Source of the DNA: Octopus bimaculoides
Lineage: Eukaryota
Length of the DNA stretch: 64,000 bases
NCBI RefSeq assembly: GCF_001194135.2
Contig: NC_068984.1
Coordinates: forward strand, 61,484,492-61,548,491
Reading direction: 5' to 3'
Part shown: positions 11,364 to 21,670 of the stretch, piece by piece
Numbering within the stretch: position 1 is the first letter of the stretch
Layout: each line of letters begins with the position of its first letter
Position numbers and translations under genes: made by a program
The notes under the pieces: model-generated
The model's input: the letters and a program-made list of their open reading frames with translations, nothing else
Told to the model about the DNA's origin: nothing
Databases searched by the model: none

Positions 11364-12720
11364 TATAGATGTTTTCGATCTAGTTTGGATTCTTTGCCAT
11401 CAAATTTGAATTCTCTGCAATCAAATTTGAATTTTTCAAAGAGACTTTGTAAGACAAACTAAAACGCAGAAAACGGCCAATGGTAGAAAGTAGGAGTCTT
11501 CATCCTTGAAAGTATATTTGATGAACACAAATCGATTCGAAGCTAGTTTCTCGAAATTGGTGCTCAAGCCTTGAAAAGAAAAAGTGTTAAACTACATCAG
11601 CCGTCAGGGAATACATGTTTATCTTATCTAACTCGTCCAGTAGAGTCCACTGTTACTCAAACTTCGATCTAACCCCGAACTTGGGACAACAAACTCTAGT
11701 TGGATAAACTCGAATAATAAACTCTTTGCTCTTTATAACCGTTTTATGAAGTCCCTTTTTTTGTTAAAAAATTGTTCAATTTGTATCTCCTCAAATCGAA
11801 CGGACTGGTTCTTTTAAGGTCACTCTTGGGTAAAGTTCGAATAGAAAGCTCGAATAGCATAGTTCTGGAATGAAAACTCTGCAGCTATCAAGAACTTATG
11901 AGCATTACTTTTGCATAATACGATTACTAATACCAATTCACCACACGTAGGCATAAAGAAAAAACGAGCTCATACTAATCCGGAAATAACGACCTGCCTG
12001 AATGCGTCCACGTGTCATCTAAGACACGTGCATGCCATGTACAATAGACAGTCTAGTTAAAAGACATACCATGGCGGGAGGGATGATGTAGCATAAACTT
12101 AGCGCTTTTAAGTAATCCTATGCAACGTTGGAGGAGGGGTGAAATTACCATTATATTTAAAAGTTATGATCAATAATTGTTGATTTAATTCACACCAGGT
12201 TTATTAGCTATCCTGAGATGTTTCTCGCAAAAACACAGTTGCAGTTTGTAAAAATGTAAAACTTATCTTGAATGAACTGTTCAAACATACGCAAAAAATA
12301 CAAAAAAAAGGATCATTCTTTTTTGACCTCCACTTGTTCAGACCGGTCAACGTAACCGAGCATCTTTAGGTAGAAGCTATCGCAGTGTTCATGGGTTATT
12401 TCATCGAACTTTTCAGATATCAATTGGTAAAGCTCCGGCTCGTTCCAAACGGAGAAAACGAGTTAAACTACATCAGCATTACGGCTGCTGTTGTTTAACT
12501 CTTTTCTTTCAAGGCTTCAGCACCAATCTCGAAAAACTAGCTTCCAATCGATTTGTGGTCATCGAATATTCTTTCGAGGATGAAGACTCCTACTTACTAC
12601 CGTTTGCAACACATCAGCGCATGCCTGTTGACCATTTTCTGCGTTTTAGCTTGTCTTACAAAGTCTCTTTTAAAAATTCAAATTTGATTGCAAATTCAAA
12701 CTAGATCGAAAATATCTATA
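11364..12720. mobile_element. Non-autonomous DNA transposon-like element with ~250-bp imperfect TIRs
   Basis: About 11364-11615 (TATAGATGTTTTCGATCTAGTTTG...AAGTAGGAGTCTTCATCC...GGTGCTCAAGCCTTGAAAAGAAAA) is the reverse complement of about 12490-12720. No coding sequence recognised in the interior. Confidence 0.75.
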
Positions 12721-13194
12721 AAAATTACAAAATCTAAATAAAACCTTACATATTCGGTTCAATGTGACATTGATTACGTTATTTATTCATTTTATTTCAA
12801 AATTAAATTGCAATTGAAAAAAATTAACATTTTTCTAAAAATTCATCTAATTTAACAAACAGAATATTAATAGTTTTCATATTACATTATTCTTAAATAT
12901 AAAATATTTTTAACTATGATAAATAATTATTCTGTACATAGCGGAGAAATATTTTGGTAACATGCATATGACAAAATATTTTTATTTTATTTCATTATTC
13001 TTTATAAAAATATGCATAAAATGTAAAATATACATAATACTTTGTATGTTTGTTTTCAGTTAAAATTCCCTGGTAATAGAATATCTGTTTGATATCTTGG
13101 ATTCCATAATTTTCTATTAAAATGAAAGTTGTATATGTGAATTTAATGAATACATTAAATACATATGATGTTTTTCCCTTTCGTTCCCCCGGGT

Positions 13195-13392
13195 GACAAA
13201 TTAGCAAAATTATTAGAATGCTGGTCAGAATACTTCCTTTACATTATTTGTTCCGAAATTCTACCGAGGTCAACTTTGCCTTTCATCATTTCGGGGTCGA
13301 TAAATTAAGTACCAGTTGCGTACTGGGCCGATCTAATCGACTGGCCCCTCCCCCCTAATTTCGGGCCTTGTGCTTAGTGTAGAAAAAATTAT
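13195..13392 (+). mobile_element. Family A SINE (degenerate head)
   Basis: GAGGTCAACTTTGCCTTTCATCATTTCGGGGTCGATAAATTAAGTACCAGTTGCGTACTGGGCCGATCTAATCGACTGGCCCCTCCCC...GGGCCTTGTGC. Confidence 0.85.
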
Positions 13393-16176
13393 TTGTTCCG
13401 AAATCCTGCGCTTCAGTTTTGAATCTTAATGAGGTCATTATAAACCGCTTTTATTCTAGGAGGTTTGTTAAATTGTATCACTCCAGGTTAGTGGCTTTGT
13501 AGAACTGAAAGATGGATCATATACCTTCCGGTATTAGTTCAAATTCTTTACTTTCTGATTTCAAATTCATCCAAGCTCACCTTCAGTGGTAGACATTATC
13601 CTTTGCCCTGTTCAACGCCATCACTTTTCACTTCGGATGCCAAGCGGTGTGGGTATTGCTTTTTCTTCACTAAAAGATAAAATGACAAACATAGTTCTTG
13701 TAACTCATAATTGAAGATAGCGTGTGACGGAGGGGTAGAGAGATAAATTAAACAAACAAGGCTATTATGAAACAGATTTACAAAGGTTTTTTATCATTGT
13801 TGCTGCTTGTGTTCAAGTTGCCTTCAATATAAATACTTGAAATTGGCTTCTATATGTGCAGGAGGAAATTTACAGCACTCGTCTCTATCACTTAGCTATT
13901 GTGTTTTACAATTCACACAAATCATTCACTCCCATCATCATAGATGATTCAAATAACTATCGGCAGTGATTGTCGCGGCAAAGGTGAGTTAAAGTATATG
14001 AAAGCCTAGGGTACAGCGATAAATTATTCTGATTTTAAAATGTACAACAGGTAATGCAGATGATTTCTCTGTTACAGAGAAAAGCTGCTCGCTCCGAACA
14101 ACAGGAAAAAGACAATAATTATCATGAAAAGTTAAAGTCAGCATAAAATATTGAGAAATTTGCTACAGAACGTCAGCAAGTGACACAGCAACACATGAAA
14201 TAAGGGCCAGAAATACAAGCAAAAAAATAAATTCAATGGAAATAAAATGAAATAAAAAAAAACATAAGAAGAAAGAGAAATAAGTTTGGACTTTCTCAGG
14301 AGAAGTCAGGAACTTACTAGAAACTGATAATATAAATATACTCGTAGCAGTGAGTTCTATCATGAATAAACAATCTATGTCAACATGAAGTATATTCCAT
14401 TCATCTGTCTTCAGTTAAGATGTGTTTAGGAAAAAGAAAATATATACTCTGTAAGTCCGGTAAAACTATTGAACGATTGCAACAAAATACACATACCGTA
14501 TTAAAGTGTTTAAGCGCTTCATATCAAAAGTTTGTTTATGATTCTGAAGGAAGAAAACATGTACTAATGTCCGCAAGTAGTATCGACGCATCCTTTAAAG
14601 AACGGGCAGAAAAACGAAAACCAATAAACAATGAAAATGCACGGGTTAGGTATGTAACTAAATCTTTCTCAACGACCTTCATACGTTCCTTTGACTTGAT
14701 ATTCTCTAAAAAGTAATCCAATCAGCCATTGTAACTACATCAACAGTTTGAAGAGTAGATGATAAAAGATTACATTATTAAAGAATCCGTTTCGAGAAGT
14801 GTATGAAATAAATATTTAAAGAACATTGAGGCACGATACAGTATATATATCAAAGTTTTTGCCATTAGGCTTTCCCACTGAAAATCAAAACTTCAACATC
14901 ATGGATACCAATCAAGTATTAGGAGCTTAAATATTATAAATGACAATTACTATTGGTGGAGGATGACATGACACATCACACAGACGTTTTACCGATGACT
15001 CGGAGTAGCAGCTTTCGGGGAAGCACAGTAAGAATTTCTATCTGTGTAATTATAGGAAGAGCAGCAGATTTTATTTATGCAACGGCGTACAGCAGATTTT
15101 GAATTCCTCTAAATACTTTAAATACATGAAGTTCTACCTGAATTTCTCTTCCCTTGATTCAAATTGTATCCTTAAAACCTCATTTCTAGTAATCAGCAAA
15201 TTATTCTCTCTTATAATCTTATATTCTTGGGATAATTAATTTGTTCTAAAAGTGAGAATATGTGACGATAAAAGTTTGTAGGAAAGATCAAGAGGGGATT
15301 TCCAAACAATGAATAAGATTCCAAGTGTCTCAAATGCTGATAAATGTGAATCATATGTTATGTAGTCACTTATTTCGAGATAGGTGCAAGCCTTAAACCG
15401 CATTGGCATCAAATGAGCAGCATAGCATGATTAGTTCTCGACATGAGAATGAAACAATAGAAAATGGTGTAAAGATGGAAGCAAGGTGTACCGTAGGAAA
15501 ATTAACTTAAAAATACATTATGAAATCAATGATGTTTCAATGAAGACTCAGTACTTCAAAATTCATGACATATAGTCCTCAAATCATGGGAGAATAATTG
15601 CACTAAAGCACAACAATCAATTATTGAACTGTGATCCTGTTGACGTTAGAACTTACTGAAGGTTAGAATGGCGTTAGAACATAAAGTTTAGATTGATAGC
15701 GTGTAACAAGAAAATTTACTAAGGACTTCCGCATTGACAAAAGCTAATGAAAAGTTCCCTTGATCCAATTATTGAACGTTTAAATTGCATGTGTCTCCTC
15801 GCCTATAATTATATTCATGCACGTCATTTCACATGAGTAAATAACAGCCACGCTTGCCACAAAATTACTTTGACGCCTAGTGACACAGCTTAAACATTCT
15901 TTCTGAAATGGAAATAATTTTGAGCTATATTGCATTTTTCAATGAACAAAAGAACTTGTAAGGATTGTGCTTAACATAATACATGTGTAGTAGTCAGTAC
16001 AGTGCTTTAACGAAAAGGAGGAATCCAACTAACCGGTAAAACATCCCAGGAGGTATACTTCTAAGGCCAAGAAGAATTGAGGGAATCAAAAATCTTTGTA
16101 GTCAAGGAATTCTTGCAAGAAATACAAATGCAAAGATTTGCACATACGAGAAAATAACGCTTGGATAGGTGTTTAA

Positions 16177-16239
<63 letters not shown>

Positions 16240-17014
16240 ATATGTATATAATATGTGCAAAAGAAGGCTTATAATGTGCTTTTCAAAGCTCCACTGCAGG
16301 CATTGGCTACCAAATGCTATCATACGGTAAAATGTCTGTCACTGGATATACATTTAAAGATCAGTAAATATCAGTAAAGTATATACAAAAATATTAATAC
16401 AGAAAGACGAATTGAACAGGCTTGATTACATGCCACTACAATTGCTTCAACTCATCATTACCAAGTTTTCATTGGTGAATGCTGCATTTATTATAAACAA
16501 CACTATATTTAGTGACATTTGCATCTCTTCGGGTGAATAGAATCAAAGGCTCTGTCTAATTATATTTTGATTTCCATATTTTATAGCTGGACCGAATTAC
16601 ATAAAAATACAAATGGCGAAAAATAATTAGAAACAAATGAAGAAAAGCAAAGAGCAAAGAAACATCATACTCTTTCAACCTTAATCCACGGACTCATCTT
16701 CGACAGCTGGAATTTTAGGAAATATATGAACGAACATGGAAGAATAGAAATTTCCTAAAAGAAGACGCTTTATCAATTTACCATCTCGTGTGCTTGTTAC
16801 GGTTCCACTTAAAAGAAACCAGTGACATATCCTCAATTGCTCAACACAGCAGGATACTAAAAACCGTCACTTTGCAGATTTAGCTTTAAATATATTGTAT
16901 CACTACCACAGTCTTTAGTTTTGTTGTCAGTCTTATCTGCTTTGATACCAAAAGCGCTACTAATAACAAGAAACTATAATTAACTCACATCACACCCTTA
17001 ATCAGAAGCAAGAC

Positions 17015-17242
17015 TCAACTAGATCTCTCATAACCTCTCAAATTTTTGGATCGCTCCGTCATGGATGATCTCTTCTGGGGAACCACATACTGATTCAAAA
17101 TAAAACTATATCGGAGCAATTGGCTATTTTCTTCAAGAAAATATTTATCACACGCCAGTTACATACCTCAGGTGGGATATCATCAATGCGATAAGTGTTG
17201 TACTGGAACAAATGACTGGGCCAGGTTCTAGAATATATGAAA
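17015..17242 (-). CDS. Candidate pair of spliced coding exons (17167-17242 and 17015-17089), unknown product
   Basis: Acceptor ttatttttgtttcctttAG, a 76-nt exon (FIYSRTWPSHLFQYNTYRIDDIPPE), donor GTATGT, a 77-nt intron, acceptor gttttattttgaatcAG, then in-frame YVVPQKRSSMTERSKNLRGYERSS*. No recognised domain, and a second frame is also open in the first exon. Confidence 0.35.
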
Positions 17243-17294
17243 CTAAAGGAAACAAAAATAACAGCCAATAGCAACTACAGTAAAAACATCATCA

Positions 17295-17660
17295 TAATCA
17301 TAATCATCATCGTCGTCATCATCATCATTGAATGAGTAGCGGCACATATCACCAAAGTGACACTGGGGTATAAATATACAAAGCCCAGTATACCCATCAT
17401 GACTTTTCTAAATGATAAGACTACAAAGGGCATTTGCATCATAACCCATATGTGCACAGCATGGTGACGTCATATAAACATAAACAACGCATGACGCTGC
17501 AGGCGGAGCCCAGTTTTTAGAATTTTTCAGGCCGAATAGCCCATCTTGCTCAAAAGGTCCTTAAATAAGGATTGTTTAAGGATTATGTAAGAAACACCTA
17601 TTTTTCCAAAGGTGAATTATTCAAATCCCAAAGAACCCCTCTTAACACATGGTTACGATG
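17295..17660 (-). mobile_element. Probable retroelement 3' end with a (GAT)n tail
   Basis: A moderately GC-rich block ending (on the minus strand) in a (GAT)n tract. It resembles a dispersed repeat I recall from octopus, but there is no second copy in the window to confirm it. Confidence 0.35.
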
Positions 17661-17759
17661 CTCCCCTACTACTTTTGCTCGTGATCAGAGATGCACATAC
17701 CGTCAGCCACTTAAGGCATTCTCAACTATTTAATGTTATTTTTCATTCATTTTATTACA

Positions 17760-18060
17760 TCTGTGGAAGATTGCTACCCGAACCAAATGGTTCCGAGTTC
17801 AGTCCCTTGGCACCTTGCACAAGTGTCTGCTAATATAGCCACGGGCCGACCAAATCCTTAGAAGTGAATTTGGTAGACAGAAACTGAAAGAAGCCCGTCG
17901 TATATATATAAATATATTTATGTATATATTTATGTGTGTGCGTGCGAGTGTGTTTGTCCCCCCACCCATCGTTTGACAACCGATGCTGGTGTATTTATGT
18001 CCCCGTAACTTAGCGGTTCGGTATAAGAGACGATAGTATAAGAACTAGGCTTAAGACTTC
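17760..18060 (+). mobile_element. tRNA-derived SINE, family B (with internal TA/TG microsatellite)
   Basis: GGTTCCGAGTTCAGTCCC (B-box-like)...GGTAGACAGAAACTGAAAGAAGCCCGTCGTATATA..(TG)n..GACAACCGATGCTGGTG...CCCCGTAACTTAGCGGTTCGG; related copies occur at about 32000, 36300, 37100, 40150 and 58940. Confidence 0.85.
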
Positions 18061-18669
18061 TTCCTAACTATGAGGTAAATTTATCCCGCGCCAGAAACCG
18101 TCTTGGTATTTGAGTTCTGCGGCTGTTTTTTATTATGAGATTTCCTTCTCCTAGGCAAGCTGCCTTCACCTCGGCTCAGGGTGTCCTGTTTAACCCATTC
18201 CAACTATGCAGCGCATGGACGTTACGCCATGTGGGGTGTACCCCCACATACCTCAATCACAGATAGAAAGATAAAGATAAAATAAAGACAAGAGAATAAA
18301 ATAAATTCGGGATGTAAATGTACATGTAGAAGTACATAAAAATTTAAAATTTTATATAATATATAAAGCACAACACTCACAAAAGTACACGCATAAAATA
18401 CACACACACGATACACACTCACACATACACACACACACAAACTTTCGCACACGCGTTACAATCAAGCATTGTTGTATTGGCCGTTGACTACACAGTAGTT
18501 CTGCTGCCCTTTGACGGGTCCTATTTTTCGTCCCGCCTGGTGTCCAACGTCACCCTCCTCACCAAGCAAGCTTGATGGGGTTGCCAGTTTAATCGCCGAC
18601 GACCCGATTATGTGACAGGTTGTTCTGGGATACATGTTACCAGTAACGCTAAATAAAGAGCGACCTGAC

Positions 18670-19330
18670 CTTTACTGCAACGAGAGTAAGACAAAGTTTA
18701 TCATGACCTCCTCCATGTTAAATGAACATAAATCGCTCAACAATATATCAATCAAAAAGTTGACGACATCAAATATCTGGGATTACACATAGTAGACTCC
18801 CAAAAGGACTTTCGCATCCGCAAAACCCTTGCTTCGAGTGCATGTAATAGACCTGATAAGATCTGGCACTCAAATGTTCCCCCCACGTTAAAAGTTAAAA
18901 TATTTGGAACACTGACTGAGTCGGCTCTTCTTTATGAATCAGAGACCTGGATCTTATCGGCTCTCGTAGAAAAACAACTGGATGGAACATATACAAGCCT
19001 GCTCAGAAAGATACAGAACATTATTTGGAGATCAAACCCAACACTTAGTAACATCTATGGAAGTCTGATACCAATATGCCCCACATTAAAGCAGAAACCG
19101 CTATAATTTGCTGGCCGCTGTCATCGAGCAGAGAAAGAGGTTATCTCATCTCTGCTCCTATGGCATCCCTCTGGAAGTGTTTTCTCCGGGGAACTGATAT
19201 TTCCAGATACTATATCTCGGGACTCAGGGCTGGATATTAGAGATCTGAACACAGCAATGCAGGACCGTGTAGTGTAGAAAGAGATTGTCAACGGAGTTCC
19301 GAAAAATGATGATATTGTATGTATATTGTA
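18670..19330 (+). mobile_element. RTE/RTE-X-like LINE remnant (RT C-terminus)
   Basis: YCNESKTKF, KKVDDIKYLG, DFRIRKTLASSACNR..KIWHSN, LLYESETWILSALVEKQLDGTYTSLLRKIQNI.W, FAGRCHRAEKEVISSLLLW and TAMQDR; frameshifted. Confidence 0.8.
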
Positions 19331-19886
19331 TGCAATGAACGCAAACTGAAAGTCAACGTACATCCGGACATCCATTTTGTTACATCCATAAATATATATG
19401 ATGCATTTATTCATACATGTACTTTCTTTTTGTATATAATTTTATACTTTGATATAGATTGATACTCAAAAATATACATCATTCATATATCATTTATTTA
19501 CATAATTTGTACCAAGATATATTTGAAAATGTACCTAGTTTGTTTAGCTACGATTAAAGCTGAGTAAAAAAAACGGAAGAGTTTTTTTCACTAATAGGAA
19601 TGTTGTGTCTGCAGCAAGCTCCAAGTATATTTACTTTAAGAAATGCTAATTTTCATGTAACATAATATATGTTTGCTTAAAGCAAGAAAATAATCATGAT
19701 TCACCACCATTGTATCGATGTAGAATAAAGTCTATTAGATTTGTTGGGAAAAGAAAGAACGGAAGAAATCCCTACATTTTCTAAAACATAAGTGTGAGCT
19801 TAGAATATATAATGGTCGTATAGTAGATTAAAGACAACCTGTCTATAGCAAGAAAATGAAACAAAGAATTAGAATGTTCATCTTAC

Positions 19887-20309
19887 TGTGCTGTTCTGCT
19901 TTGAGTATCGATTAGTTGTTTCTTAGCTGATATATATATATATGTATATANNNNNNNNNNNNNNNNNNNNNNNNNNNNNNNNNNNNNNNNNNNNNNNNNN
20001 NNNNNNNNNNTATATATATATATATATATATATTATTGTCGTGTTCTCTTCTGTCTACAATAACAGATAATGTAAACATTTGTATAGTTGAGAGTTTCCG
20101 TCTTCACGTAATTGATGATTCTTGAGAACATTAGAGTATATATTATCGAAAAAAGTGTAGTTAGTATGTAACACGAAAAAGATTTCTAACAGCGAAATAA
20201 GGATAGTCATTGTTATAAATAATGTATAATTTTTAAATAATAATAATTGCCAATAACTAACCTAAATTTTCCAGAAATGTTACCACAAAACATAAAACAT
20301 GACGAATAT
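19887..20309 (-). CDS. Possible upstream micro-exons (20262-20309, 19887-19926) of the 17.0-17.2 kb candidate
   Basis: Donors GTTAGT and GTAAGA. The phases chain into IRHVLCFVVTFLENL-A-KKQLIDTQSRTA-H-FIYSRTW. Acceptors are weak (AAG, and a TA-repeat beside a gap), so the fit could be chance. Confidence 0.2.
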
Positions 20310-20979
20310 CTTAGCAACATGTACAAAAGACAAAATAAACATTTATATCTGAACAAGATAAAAGCAACAGGCAGTTTCAGTTTGTAAAACAGGCCATAAA
20401 TGTAGAAATTATCCATGGATATCATTTATTTGTAAATAGAAATATAGCCAATGAACATTTATGATATGATAAAAGAGAAGGAATTTGCGTCCAAATAAAT
20501 CTAGTATGTGGAAAGAGATATGATATTTGCTATTTAAAACAATATTTTTCAGTGAATCTTTGTTTCCATGAAGAATTAGAGATAACCTGATGTTTATTAG
20601 CAAATGTAGAAAATACTCACATATAATAATTACAGTTACAGTTTTATATATTTTTTTCGAAATGATAGATAAAATTCAATTCAGAAAATACAATAGATAA
20701 GGTACAGATCTTTAAATAAAATGATATTTAAAATAGAAAGTGTAGGATTTATTATACATTTATACATATCTATATTTCTATATCTATATCTATATCTATA
20801 TATATATATCTATATATATGTATATCTATATCTATATATATATGTATACATTCAATAATAGGATAAAAATCTTTTACAAGAATTTTATCAGGAAGCTAGT
20901 GTGTAAAAAAATTCATAAGGTAAATTTCTATTCCCAAGAATATAATTATTCGTTTATATTTATATAAGGGCATTACTAC

Positions 20980-21200
20980 AGAATAATGCCACACACTAGA
21001 CTTCACAAATAAACACATTTTAGTACCGAATGCGAGGAAAAGCAACTCTAAAAAAACCCAAACTTTTTTTAAAAAATCAATTCAAATATGCATCGACCGA
21101 TTTCACGATTACCAGAATGAAATCTAGTTTTCGCTCGTCAGCATAGTATAGTACAGATATATACAAATAAACAATGAAGTCTAGTGTGTGGCATTATTCT
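20980..21200. repeat. 26-bp perfect inverted repeat pair enclosing ~170 bp (small MITE-like)
   Basis: AGAATAATGCCACACACTAGACTTCA (20980-21005) is the exact reverse complement of 21175-21200. Confidence 0.75.
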
Positions 21201-21634
21201 ATATATATATATATATATNNNNNNNNNNNNNNNNNNNNNNNNNNNNNNNNNNNNNNNNNNNNNNNNNNNNNNNNNNNNNNNNNNNNNNNNNNNNNNNNNN
21301 NNNNNNNNNNNNNNNNNNNNNNNNNNNNNNNNNNNNNNNNNNNNNNNNNNNNNNNNNNNNNNNNNNNNNNNNNNNNNNNNNNNNNNNNNNNNNNNNNNNN
21401 NNNNNNNNNNNNNNNNNNNNNNNNNNNNNNNNNNNNNNNNNNNNNNNNNNNNNNNNNNNNNNNNNNNNNNNNNNNNNNNNNNNNNNNNNNNNNNNNNNNN
21501 NNNNNNNNNNNNNNNNNNNNNNNNNNNNNNNNNNNNNNNNNNNNNNNNNNNNNNNNNNNNNNNNNNNNNNNNNNNNNNNNNNNNNNNNNNNNNNNNNNNN
21601 NNNNNNNNNNNNNNNNNTGTTTCTCTCTGTGTTC

Positions 21635-21670
21635 CTTTCTGTGGAAGAGCGTAGGCTCGAAACGTTAAAG
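21635..21670 (+). ncRNA. Variant minimal hammerhead-like motif
   Basis: CTTT-CTGTGGA-A-GAGC(GTAG)GCTC-GAAA-C-GTT-AAAG: 4-bp stem II, GAAA, a loopless palindromic stem III (ACGT) and a 4-bp stem I. The core deviates from CUGANGA. Confidence 0.35.

Noticed and set aside
18560-18660. HDV-like ribozyme in the putative RTE 5' block
   Set aside because: A P4-like GTCG/CGAT hairpin and TAA are present, but the catalytic-C position reads T and I could not find P1, P2 or P3 pairings.
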